42,826 nucleotides of DNA from Flavobacteriales bacterium (GTDB lineage Bacteria; Bacteroidota; Bacteroidia; Flavobacteriales_E; Vicingaceae): assembly GCA_016763795.1 (NCBI GenBank), contig JAESTF010000333.1, positions 1 through 42,826 of the forward strand, in the 5' to 3' direction. The position numbers were made by a program, and so were the translations under genes. Shown here one piece after another: positions 34,924 through 42,826 of this stretch (position 1 is the first letter of the stretch; each line of letters begins with the position of its first letter). A model generated the notes under the pieces. The model did no database searches and was not told the DNA's origin. It saw only the letters and a list, made by a program, of their open reading frames with translations.

Positions 34924-37221
34924 ATGAAAAGAAATCTACTATACTTAGTAATAAGTTTAACAGTTATGCAACTTAATGCTCAAAATTGGAACGAAGTAAT
35001 TAAAGTTGTGGCTTCTGATAGATCTAGTGATGATCGATTTGGATATTCCGTATCTATTTCAGGAGATTATGCCATTGTAGGAGCTTACCAAGAAGATGAA
35101 GATTCCTCAGAAAATAATACATTAAGCAATGCAGGTTCTGCATCTATTTTTGAAAAAGATGGAGCAGGAAATTGGGTAGAGGTACAAAAAATAGTTGCCT
35201 CTGACAGAGCAAGTGATGATTTATTTGGTTATTCAGTATCTATTTCGGGAAATTATGCCATTCTAGGAGCTTACCAAGAAGATGAAGATGCTTCAGGAAA
35301 TAATACATTCTATGCTGCAGGATCTGCCTATATTTTTGAAAGAGATGGTCTAGGAAACTGGGTAGAGGTACAAAAAATAGTAGCCTCTGACAGGTGGCCT
35401 AATGATAATTTTGGTTTTTCAGTATCTATTTCAGGAAATTATGCGATTGTAGGAGCTACCCAAGAAAGTGAAGATGCCTTAGGAAACAATTCACTAGTCC
35501 GGTCTGGTTCTGCGTATATTTTTGAAAGAAATGGAACGGGAATTTGGTTAGAGGCACAAAAAATAGTTGCTTCCGATAGAGAGGCTAATATTTACTTTGG
35601 CTACTCTGTAGCCATTTCAGGGGGTTATGCCATTGTAGGAGCTAGGTATGGAAGCAAAGATGCTTTAGGAAACAATGTATTACCCCAGGCAGGAGCTGCC
35701 TATGTTTATGAAAGAAATGGTGTAGGAAACTGGGGGGAGGTACAAAAAATAGTCGCCTCCGATAGAGCATCTGGTGATTTTCTTGGTTTTTCTGTATCCA
35801 TTTCGGGGAACTACGCCATTGTAGGGTCTCATTATGATAGTGAAGATGCCTTAGGAAACAATACATTATTAAAGTCTGGATCTGCGTATATTTTTGAAAG
35901 AAATGGTGTAGGAAATTGGATGGAGATACAAAAAATAGTAGCTTCTGACAGGTTCTCTCAAGATCGGTTTGGTTTTTCTGTATCGATTTCGGGAAACCAT
36001 GTTATTGTAGGAGCTATATATGAAGATCAAAATGCCTTAGGAAACAATACATTAAGCAATGCAGGATCTTCGTATGTTTTTGAAAAAAATGGAGCAGGAA
36101 CTTGGTTAGAAGCACAAAAGATAGTTGCCTCCGATAGAGCAGCTGGTGATTATTTTGGTTATTCTGTATCCATTTCGGGAAACCATTTTATTGCAGGAGC
36201 TTACAGAGAAGATGAAGATGCTTCAGGAAATAATACATTGAGTAGTGCAGGGGCGGCTTATGTTTTTTGTGCTTCAACAGCAGGGGTAGATACTCAAGTA
36301 GCTTGTAGTACCTATATTTGGCCGTTAAATTCAACTATTTATACTTCATCAACCAATCTGCCAACTGTTACGTTAACCAATGCAATAGGGTGTGATTCTG
36401 TGGTTACCTTAAACTTAACAATTAACAGTAATACAGGAGCAGATACACAAGTAGCGTGTAATACATATACTTGGCCGTTAAACTCAACTACATATACAGC
36501 ATCTACAAGTACACCAACAGTAATATTAACCAATGTAACAGGGTGTGATAGTGTAGTAACCTTAAACTTAATAATAAACAGTGGTAATACAGGAATAGAT
36601 ACACAAGCGGCTTGTAATACATATACTTGGTCGTTAAATTCAACTACTTATACAGCATCTACAAATATACCAACAGTAACATTAACCAATTTAGCAGGGT
36701 GTGATTCTGTGGTTACTTTAAATTTAACCATCAACACAGTTGATGCCTCAACTACTACAGTTGGTAATACAATTACTGCAAAACAAACAGGAGGAGCTTA
36801 TATGTGGATAGACTGCAATAATGGAAACACAGCAATAATAGGAGAAACAAATGTTAATTATACTGCTGGATCCAATGGTGATTATGCAGTTGTGGTAACT
36901 TTAGGAGGTTGTATAGATACTTCGGCTTGTGTAAATGTAATTATTACAAGTATTATTGAAAGTGCTTTCGGAGAAGAAATTAAGGTTTATCCTAATCCAA
37001 CAAGCAACAATGTAACTATTGATTTTGGTATTTCGAATTGGTCTAATAATCAAAATACACAAGTTTTAATAATAAACATTGCAGGTAAAGAAGTTTATCG
37101 ATTAGATAAGATAATTAAATCTCAATTAGAAATTCCTTTAAAAGACTTTAATAGAGGTATATACTTCTTGAAAATTCAGGATAAAGAAAATCAAAAAGTG
37201 GTTAAGTTGATTAAGCAATAA
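34924..37221 (+). CDS. T9SS cargo protein: seven FG-GAP-like propeller repeats, three Cys-containing repeats and a C-terminal sorting domain
   Basis: Signal peptide. Seven 62-aa units of pattern W.E.QKIVASDR....FG.SVSISGNYAIVGA...E....NN.....GSAYIFE. Three ~51-aa units of pattern DTQVACNTYTWPLNSTTYT...GCDSVVTLNLTIN. CTD KVYPNPTSNNVTIDF...GIYFLKIQ. Confidence 0.8.
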   Translation: MKRNLLYLVISLTVMQLNAQNWNEVIKVVASDRSSDDRFGYSVSISGDYAIVGAYQEDEDSSENNTLSNAGSASIFEKDGAGNWVEVQKIVASDRASDDLFGYSVSISGNYAILGAYQEDEDASGNNTFYAAGSAYIFERDGLGNWVEVQKIVASDRWPNDNFGFSVSISGNYAIVGATQESEDALGNNSLVRSGSAYIFERNGTGIWLEAQKIVASDREANIYFGYSVAISGGYAIVGARYGSKDALGNNVLPQAGAAYVYERNGVGNWGEVQKIVASDRASGDFLGFSVSISGNYAIVGSHYDSEDALGNNTLLKSGSAYIFERNGVGNWMEIQKIVASDRFSQDRFGFSVSISGNHVIVGAIYEDQNALGNNTLSNAGSSYVFEKNGAGTWLEAQKIVASDRAAGDYFGYSVSISGNHFIAGAYREDEDASGNNTLSSAGAAYVFCASTAGVDTQVACSTYIWPLNSTIYTSSTNLPTVTLTNAIGCDSVVTLNLTINSNTGADTQVACNTYTWPLNSTTYTASTSTPTVILTNVTGCDSVVTLNLIINSGNTGIDTQAACNTYTWSLNSTTYTASTNIPTVTLTNLAGCDSVVTLNLTINTVDASTTTVGNTITAKQTGGAYMWIDCNNGNTAIIGETNVNYTAGSNGDYAVVVTLGGCIDTSACVNVIITSIIESAFGEEIKVYPNPTSNNVTIDFGISNWSNNQNTQVLIINIAGKEVYRLDKIIKSQLEIPLKDFNRGIYFLKIQDKENQKVVKLIKQ
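34984..36285 (+). repeat. Seven tandem 186-bp coding repeats (FG-GAP-like blades)
   Basis: Exactly 62 codons per unit by hand count. Long shared nucleotide strings such as ggaaa(t/c)tgggtagaggtacaaaaaatagt.gcctctgacag. Confidence 0.8.
36289..36735 (+). repeat. Three tandem ~153-156-bp coding repeats (two-Cys module)
   Basis: Units start at 36289, 36442 and 36598 (gatac.caag...). They share acatatacttgg.cgttaaa.tcaact and gggtgtgat.ctgt.gt.ac.ttaaa.ttaac. Confidence 0.7.
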
Positions 37222-37245
37222 TATTTTATAATTTTTATAAAAAAA

Positions 37246-37281
37246 GCCCCTTATGTAGAGTACAATAAGGAGCTTTTTTTT
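37246..37281. terminator. Bidirectional rho-independent terminator between the T9SS cargo gene and the SOD gene
   Basis: Imperfect hairpin gcccctta-tgtagagtacaa-taaggagc, flanked by an A-run (37239-37245) and a T-run (37273-37281). Confidence 0.6.
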
Positions 37282-37295
37282 ATTTGCGAGAATAT

Positions 37296-37898
37296 CTATC
37301 CCTTAAATCTAGCATTCACTTCATCCCAGTTAATTACATTGAAAAATGCATTAATATAATCTGGTCTTCTGTTTTGGTAGTTTAAGTAATAGGCATGTTC
37401 CCAAACGTCTAATCCTAAAATTGGAGTTCCTCCACAATCAATACCAGGCATTAATGGGTTGTCCTGATTTGCAGTAGAGCAAACATCAACACTTCCATCA
37501 TCCATTTTGCATAACCAAGCCCAACCAGAACCAAATCTTGTTGCTGCAGCTTTAGCAAAAGCATCTTTAAAGTTATCGTAAGAACCAAATTTAGCATCAA
37601 TTGCATCAGCAACTGCACCAGTTGGATTTCCCCCTCCATTTGGAGACATTACTTTCCAAAATAAATCGTGATTAAAATATCCACCACCATTATTTCTAAC
37701 AGCGCCATTTTTCATGTCTATTCCTGCTAAAATATCTTCAATAGATTTTCCTTCAAGATCTGTTCCTGCAACTGCATTGTTTAAGTTTGTTGTGTAACCA
37801 TTGTGGTGCTTAGAATGGTGTATCTCCATTGTTCTAGCATCTATATGCGGTTCAAGTGCATCGTAAGCGTATGGTAACGCTGGTAATTCAAAAGCCAT
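37296..37898 (-). CDS. sodA: Fe/Mn superoxide dismutase
   Basis: [57 protein letters not shown]. Metal specificity cannot be decided by eye. Confidence 0.95.
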   Translation of the reverse strand: MAFELPALPYAYDALEPHIDARTMEIHHSKHHNGYTTNLNNAVAGTDLEGKSIEDILAGIDMKNGAVRNNGGGYFNHDLFWKVMSPNGGGNPTGAVADAIDAKFGSYDNFKDAFAKAAATRFGSGWAWLCKMDDGSVDVCSTANQDNPLMPGIDCGGTPILGLDVWEHAYYLNYQNRRPDYINAFFNVINWDEVNARFKG

Positions 37899-37982
37899 AA
37901 TTTTAAAATTTTGTTGTTAGTATATAATTTTTGGTGTATGGTATGCTGAAAATTAGCAACCAAACACTAAAAATAAAATTAA

Positions 37983-38615
37983 TTAATGTGAAGTCAAATA
38001 TTCAGCAACACCATCAGAAGTAGCAGTCATTCCGTCATCACCTTTGCTCCATCCTGCAGGACAAACTTCTCCGTTTGCTTCAAAAAATTGTAATGCATCC
38101 ACCATTATTAATGTTTCATGAATGCTTCTACCTAATGGTAAATCATTTACTACACAGTGTCTAATTACTCCTTCTTTATCAATTAAAAAAGTACCCCTGT
38201 AAGCAACTGGTGCTCCAACAAAAGTAGCTTCTCCTTCTTCTGTAAAATCATACTCACCTGCTAAAACACCAAAGTTTTCAGCAATTGTTTTAGATAAATC
38301 TGCTACTAAAGGATATTTAACACCTTTAATTCCACCATCATTTTTGTCGGTATTTAACCAAGCCCAATGAGAGAATTTAGAATCTACTGAACAACCAACA
38401 ACAGCAACATTTCTTTTTTCAAACTCTTCTAATTTAGCTTGAAATGCTAATAATTCTGTTGGGCATACGAATGTAAAATCCAATGGGTAAAAGAAGAAAA
38501 TAACTTCTTTTTTTCCGATATACTGTTCTAATGAGAAATTTTCAACAAACTCTCCTCCATTAATTACTGCATCAGTACTAAATACTGGTGCTTTTTTTCC
38601 AATTAAACTTTCCAT
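37983..38615 (-). CDS. Typical 2-Cys peroxiredoxin (AhpC/Prx1 type)
   Basis: Peroxidatic Cys in DFTFVCPTEL and resolving Cys in GEVCPAGW. 210 aa. Confidence 0.9.
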   Translation of the reverse strand: MESLIGKKAPVFSTDAVINGGEFVENFSLEQYIGKKEVIFFFYPLDFTFVCPTELLAFQAKLEEFEKRNVAVVGCSVDSKFSHWAWLNTDKNDGGIKGVKYPLVADLSKTIAENFGVLAGEYDFTEEGEATFVGAPVAYRGTFLIDKEGVIRHCVVNDLPLGRSIHETLIMVDALQFFEANGEVCPAGWSKGDDGMTATSDGVAEYLTSH

Positions 38616-38624
38616 TTTCTATTA

Positions 38625-39032
38625 TTAATTTTTAGTTATTAAACATTTATTACATTTTCCTTTAAGGTAGATATTTGTTTTTTCGACTTTAAAGGCATTC
38701 ATTTTTTTAAATTTTAAATCTGACATGTCAATTTCAATATCATATACATTGCCACAAGCATCACATTTAAAGTGTGCATGTTCTTCCATAATGGCATCAT
38801 ACCTTACTTCATTATCTTCAATAGTTACTGTTGAGGTAATTCCATTATCAATAAATAATTTTAATGTATTGTAAACAGTTGTTTTTGATAATGTAGGGAT
38901 GTCACTAACTAAATCAGAATAGATAGTGTCAACAGTAGGGTGTTCTCTGTTGTCATATAAATATTCAAATATCTTTATTCGCTGTAAAGATGGTTTGATA
39001 TTATTTGTTGATAAATGATTTACAAAATCCAT
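38625..39032 (-). CDS. Fur-family transcriptional repressor (PerR-like by context)
   Basis: Winged-helix N-terminus (PSLQRIKIFEYL...HPTVDTIY...LSKTTVYNTLKLF). CxxC pairs (CDACGN, CNKC). Ends 9 nt upstream of the peroxiredoxin gene. Confidence 0.85.
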   Translation of the reverse strand: MDFVNHLSTNNIKPSLQRIKIFEYLYDNREHPTVDTIYSDLVSDIPTLSKTTVYNTLKLFIDNGITSTVTIEDNEVRYDAIMEEHAHFKCDACGNVYDIEIDMSDLKFKKMNAFKVEKTNIYLKGKCNKCLITKN

Positions 39033-39035
39033 TAA

Positions 39036-39067
39036 TTGTAATTATTATAAAATTGTAATGATTACAA
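39036..39067. promoter_or_regulatory. Two adjacent Fur/PerR-type 7-1-7 inverted-repeat boxes
   Basis: ttgtaat-t-attataa (39036-39050, one arm mismatch) and the perfect palindrome ttgtaat-g-attacaa (39053-39067). They start 4 nt upstream of the Fur-family start codon. Confidence 0.5.
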
Positions 39068-39072
39068 AATTA
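39065..39072 (-). promoter_or_regulatory. -7 promoter box (TAATTTTG on the minus strand) for the perR-like/prx/sod operon
   Basis: The plus strand reads caaaatta, an exact TAnnTTTG on the minus strand, about 33 nt upstream of the start codon. It overlaps the perfect palindrome. Confidence 0.4.
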
Positions 39073-39233
39073 TGTTTATTTTTAGAATGATACGTTTCTT
39101 TTAAATTTATTTTCCTTAAAACTTATCAACTAACAATTCACAAGATATTGTTAAAAAATACTTGGTAAGTTGCAAAAGCATTATGCCGAATAAGCCTTAT
39201 TTTTAGGTTACTTTGTAATCAAACTTATAAACT

Positions 39234-40043
39234 ATGGGAAAGATAATTGCAATATCAAATCAAAAAGGTGGAGTAGGTAAAACAACTACTGCTATTAATT
39301 TAGCTGCGGGATTAGGAGTGTTGGAATATAAAGTGTTGTTAGTGGATGCAGATCCTCAAGCAAACTCTACTTCTGGTGTTGGATTTGACCCAAGGAATAT
39401 TCGTAATAGTATTTATGAATGTATTATTAATGAGATTGAGCCTAGAGAGGCAATTTTACATACAAAATCTCCTAATTTGGATATTTTACCGGCTCATATT
39501 GATTTAGTTGGAGCAGAAATTGAATTAATCAATTTGCCCAACAGGGAGCATATGATGCGTTTATCGTTAGCAAAAATTAAAGATGATTATGACTTTATTA
39601 TCATTGATTGTTCTCCATCTTTAGGGCTAATCACTATTAATTCATTAACAGCTGCTGATTCAGTTATTATTCCTGTTCAATGTGAGTTTTTTGCATTAGA
39701 AGGTTTAGGTAAATTACTAAATACAATAAAAATTGTTCAAGCAAGGTTAAATCCAGAGTTGGATATTGAAGGGTTATTATTGACAATGTTTGATGTTCGA
39801 TTAAGATTATCTAACCAAGTTGTAGAAGAGGTTAAAATGCATTTTCAGATGATGATGTTTGATACTATTATTCAACGTAATACGAGATTGGCAGAAGCGC
39901 CAAGCCATGGTAGTACAATTATTATGCATGATGCAAGCTGTAAAGGAGCTGTTAATTATTTAAATTTAGCGCGAGAAATTCTTCAAAAGAATGGAATGAC
40001 TAAAATGAGTGAAGAGGAAAAAACAATTGCAATAAATGAGTAA
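39234..40043 (+). CDS. parA: ParA family chromosome-partitioning ATPase
   Basis: Deviant Walker A NQKGGVGKTTTAINLA, IIDCSPSLG, LLTMFDVR. Confidence 0.9.
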   Translation: MGKIIAISNQKGGVGKTTTAINLAAGLGVLEYKVLLVDADPQANSTSGVGFDPRNIRNSIYECIINEIEPREAILHTKSPNLDILPAHIDLVGAEIELINLPNREHMMRLSLAKIKDDYDFIIIDCSPSLGLITINSLTAADSVIIPVQCEFFALEGLGKLLNTIKIVQARLNPELDIEGLLLTMFDVRLRLSNQVVEEVKMHFQMMMFDTIIQRNTRLAEAPSHGSTIIMHDASCKGAVNYLNLAREILQKNGMTKMSEEEKTIAINE

Positions 40044-40932
40044 AAAACCTGCATTAGGAAGAGGATTAGGAGCATTACTTCAAAACTCTGAAACAGATAT
40101 TACTATTGGTTCTACTACCGAAAATGGAGGGAACGTTGTTGGTTCTGTTTCTGCTATTTTAATTACAGCTATAGAAGCTAATCCTTTTCAACCACGAACA
40201 CAATTTGAAAAAGATGCATTGGTAGAACTTGCTAATTCTATTAAAGAGTTGGGGATTATACAACCCGTTACAGTTCGTAAAATGGGCTATGGTAAATATC
40301 AATTAATTTCAGGAGAAAGAAGATTTAGAGCTTCGCAAATTGCTGGATTAACTGAGATTCCTGCGTTTATACGAATTGCAAATGACCAAGAGATGCTAGA
40401 AATGGCATTGGTAGAAAATATTCAGCGACAAGATTTAGATGCTATTGAAGTAGCTTTTAGCTATCAAAAGTTAATAGAAGAATGTAATCTTACACAAGAA
40501 AAAATGAGCGAACGAGTAGGGAAAAAACGATCTACTGTTGCTAATTACTTACGGTTATTGAAACTCCCAGCAGAAATTCAATTGGCAATAAGAACTCGTG
40601 AGATTAGCATGGGACATGCAAGAGCTCTAGTGAATATTGACAATGAAAAAAAGCAACTAACTATTTCGAGAAGAATAATAAAAGAAGGCTTATCTGTTCG
40701 TCAGATTGAAGATATTGTAAAGGAAAGAAGAACAGAAGAAAAATTATTAACGCTAAAAAAAGGTGGAGTTTCTGATTTATCCTTTAGCCAACAAAAAATT
40801 AAAGACGATTTAACAGGTTTTTTGAAAACAAATGTTCAATTGCAAAGTAATTCTAAAGGAAAAGGGAAATTAACGATTCCGTTTACTTCAGAAAAAGAAT
40901 TGGAACGTATTATAGAATTGTTAGGATTATAA
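40036..40932 (+). CDS. parB: ParB/Spo0J chromosome-partitioning protein
   Basis: LGRGLGALL N-terminus, ParB box LISGERRFRA, and HTH region MSERVGKKRSTVANYLRLLKLP. Overlaps parA by 8 nt. Confidence 0.9.
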   Translation: MSKKPALGRGLGALLQNSETDITIGSTTENGGNVVGSVSAILITAIEANPFQPRTQFEKDALVELANSIKELGIIQPVTVRKMGYGKYQLISGERRFRASQIAGLTEIPAFIRIANDQEMLEMALVENIQRQDLDAIEVAFSYQKLIEECNLTQEKMSERVGKKRSTVANYLRLLKLPAEIQLAIRTREISMGHARALVNIDNEKKQLTISRRIIKEGLSVRQIEDIVKERRTEEKLLTLKKGGVSDLSFSQQKIKDDLTGFLKTNVQLQSNSKGKGKLTIPFTSEKELERIIELLGL

Positions 40933-40939
40933 TTTTATT

Positions 40940-41515
40940 GTGAAATCTATTCAGCTATTAATCATAACGCTTTTAATGATTAGTGTAACTTCATTAAAAA
41001 GTAGCGCACAATCGTCTACGTTAGACTCACTTTTTTCGGATACCCTAAACATTAAAGAGACAAAAAAACATTCGCCTAATAAGGCAACATTATTTAGTAC
41101 TGTTTTACCAGGTTTAGGACAGGCGTATAATAAAAAATATTGGAAAGTGCCAATTGTGTATGCAGCGATAGGCTTGCCATTATATTTCGCGATCTCAAAT
41201 CAAAGAAACTTTAATAAATTTAAAACTGCTTATGGTTTACGAATTGATGGAGATCCTAATACTATTGATGAATTTGAAGGGGTATTATCCGAAGCAGGGA
41301 TAAAATCTAACTTAGATTTTCATCAGCGGAACAAAGATTTGTCTTATATTTTAGTAGGATTATTTTATGTTTTTAATATTGTTGATGCTGCTGTTGATGC
41401 ACATTTATTTAATTTTCCTAAAAACGATAATTTATCATTTAATTTGCAGCCAAGTATAGAGTTGACAAGTAATAATAAATTAAGTAAAGGATTTAAGTTG
41501 GTTATTAATTTATGA
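40940..41515 (+). CDS. DUF5683-family protein
   Basis: Signal peptide. STVLPGLGQAYNKKYWKVPIVYA motif. Conserved position after parB in Bacteroidota. GTG start. Confidence 0.6.
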   Translation: MKSIQLLIITLLMISVTSLKSSAQSSTLDSLFSDTLNIKETKKHSPNKATLFSTVLPGLGQAYNKKYWKVPIVYAAIGLPLYFAISNQRNFNKFKTAYGLRIDGDPNTIDEFEGVLSEAGIKSNLDFHQRNKDLSYILVGLFYVFNIVDAAVDAHLFNFPKNDNLSFNLQPSIELTSNNKLSKGFKLVINL

Positions 41516-41601
41516 TTTTAACCTTCTATCATTAAGAGAAACCATTAATGTAAAAAGAAACCATATTAATAATAATGGAAGTTACTTTGAGTTTTTAAGT
41601 T

Positions 41602-42318
41602 ATGAATATTGCAATAATAGGATACGGAAAAATGGGTAGAGAAATTGAACGATCTGCTCTAGAAAGAGGTCATAATGTTTCTTTGAAAATTTCTTCAAAA
41701 AATACACATGAATTTACGTTTAATAATTTAAAGAATATTGATGTAGCTATAGAGTTTACGAGCCCTGAATTAGCAGTAAATAATATTAATATTTGCATTG
41801 AATCTAACACACCAGTTGTTGTTGGAACAACTGGGTGGTATGATAAATTTAATGAAATAAGCACAAGAGTTTCGGAAAATAATGGAACATTATTGTATGC
41901 AACTAACTGTAGTATTGGAGTTAACTTGTTTTTTAAATTAAACAAACAGTTAGCTCAACTTATGAATAAACATAAAGAATATGATATTAAAATGGAAGAA
42001 ACGCATCATGTTCAAAAACTAGATGCTCCAAGCGGAACAGCAATTACTTTGGCAGAAGGTATTTTAAGTAATAATGAGGAAAAAGATTTATGGGTTAAAG
42101 GAGGCTCTAAAGCTCAGAATCAATTATCGGTGGTATCGCATAGAATTGAAAATGTGCCAGGAACACATCAAGTAAATTATACCTCAGCAATAGATGATAT
42201 AGAGATAAAACATACAGCACATAACCGTAAAGGCTTTGCAATAGGAGCAGTTATTGCTGCAGAATACATTGCAGATAAAAAAGGTATTTTTACGATGGAA
42301 GATGTGTTGTTTGATTAA
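41602..42318 (+). CDS. dapB: 4-hydroxy-tetrahydrodipicolinate reductase
   Basis: MNIAIIGYGKMGREI dinucleotide fold, VVGTTGW, EETHHVQKLDAPSGTA signature. Confidence 0.9.
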   Translation: MNIAIIGYGKMGREIERSALERGHNVSLKISSKNTHEFTFNNLKNIDVAIEFTSPELAVNNINICIESNTPVVVGTTGWYDKFNEISTRVSENNGTLLYATNCSIGVNLFFKLNKQLAQLMNKHKEYDIKMEETHHVQKLDAPSGTAITLAEGILSNNEEKDLWVKGGSKAQNQLSVVSHRIENVPGTHQVNYTSAIDDIEIKHTAHNRKGFAIGAVIAAEYIADKKGIFTMEDVLFD

Positions 42319-42334
42319 ATAATTAGGTGTCGCA

Positions 42335-42403
42335 CTGAGTTTATCGAAGTGTAAGTCTATCAAAAAATAAAAATTACTTTGCCTTGTCCTTCGACAAGCT
42401 CAG
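42335..42403. repeat. Imperfect inverted repeat of the CTGAG...TCGAAG type (REP-like intergenic element; may double as the dapB terminator)
   Basis: ctgagtttatcgaag (42335-42349) pairs with cttcgacaagctcag (42389-42403) at 13 of 15 positions, with a 39-nt AT-rich loop. Confidence 0.45.
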
Positions 42404-42429
42404 AATAACAAAGAAAAAAACAAAAAACA

Positions 42430-42826
42430 ATGGAAATAAGTATTAGTGGATTTATAATTTTATCAATCATCTATTTTGTAGCAGCTCATATTGGTCTGTA
42501 TAAAATATTTGAAAAAATGGGAGAAGATGGCTGGAAAGCTTTAGTACCTTTTTACGGAACTTATTTGGCTGTAAAAATGGTTAAAAAATCATGGGCTTGG
42601 ACCATTGTCTATTATGTTCCTTTTTTAGGTTTTGTAGTTTGGATGGGATTGATCGTGGAACTGATGAAGTTATTAGGTAAAACTGATTTTAAAGATCACG
42701 CCTTAGGAGTTGTCTTCGCAGGGGTTTATTTGCCATATATTGGATTTAAAGAAGATGTTAAATTTATTGGCTATGAAGAGGCTGCTAAGTATAAAAAATC
42801 GTTTAAACGAGAATGGGCAGATGCAA
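42430..42826 (+). CDS. lepB: Signal peptidase I, N-terminal membrane region; 3' end lies outside the window
   Basis: ORF open to the window edge and absent from the supplied track (MEISISGFIILSIIYFVAAHIGLYKIFEKMGEDGWKALVPFYGTYLAVKMV...). It resembles the N-terminal extension of flavobacterial LepB, and dapB-lepB adjacency is conserved. The catalytic domain is not in the window. Confidence 0.55.
   Translation, partial: MEISISGFIILSIIYFVAAHIGLYKIFEKMGEDGWKALVPFYGTYLAVKMVKKSWAWTIVYYVPFLGFVVWMGLIVELMKLLGKTDFKDHALGVVFAGVYLPYIGFKEDVKFIGYEEAAKYKKSFKREWADA

Noticed and set aside
35642-36533. Minus-strand ORFs of 74 and 64 aa inside the FG-GAP repeat gene. The same applies to 37451-37639 in the SOD gene, 41670-41945 in dapB, and 11805-12026, 12360-12554 and 12762-12959 around the aminotransferase gene.
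   Set aside because: They are antisense shadow ORFs within well-supported genes, with no independent support.
34984-36735. Regular tandem periodicity that could suggest a CRISPR-like or satellite array
   Set aside because: The repeats are in frame within one long ORF and encode recognisable protein repeats. There is no repeat-spacer structure and no cas genes are present.

Overview
AT-rich segment (about 30-33% G+C, judged by eye) that looks like a Flavobacteriia (Bacteroidota) chromosome. Supporting signs are T9SS C-terminal sorting domains, TAnnTTTG-type -7 promoter boxes, and the conserved gene orders surE-lpxB and parA-parB-DUF5683-dapB-lepB. Most of the window is housekeeping or cell-envelope: SpoIID-like protein, secreted NucA-type nuclease, ComEC, PIG-L deacetylase with an SSS symporter, a T9SS M4 metalloprotease, lpxB, surE, Usp, fhs, rlmI, a perR-like/peroxiredoxin/SOD operon, parAB, dapB and the start of lepB. 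No rRNA, tRNA, CRISPR array, transposase or integrase was seen. The main finding is an ~8.8 kb interval (about 6075-14896) between comEC and the deacetylase gene. It is bracketed by an att-like direct repeat: the last ~35 codons of comEC recur, degenerate and interrupted by stop codons, at 14848-14958. That is the footprint of an element that inserted into the 3' end of comEC and supplied a replacement gene end. The interval holds two small membrane proteins, two unusually long non-coding stretches (~785 and ~600 bp), and a tight same-strand enzyme cassette. The cassette encodes a divergent BioB-like radical-SAM enzyme, an FMO/CzcO-type flavoprotein, an amidase-signature enzyme and a class-I aminotransferase, followed by an FAH-family hydrolase. 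I cannot match this combination to a known pathway, and it is my best candidate for an undescribed small-molecule system. Secondary observations: a frameshifted POTRA/Omp85-like gene whose frames join at a canonical A_AAT_TTT heptamer; paralogous lipoproteins flanking rlmI; a seven-repeat FG-GAP propeller T9SS cargo protein; tandem Fur/PerR-type palindromes over the perR-like promoter; and a REP-like inverted repeat between dapB and lepB. All product calls come from motif recognition by eye. No database search was run.
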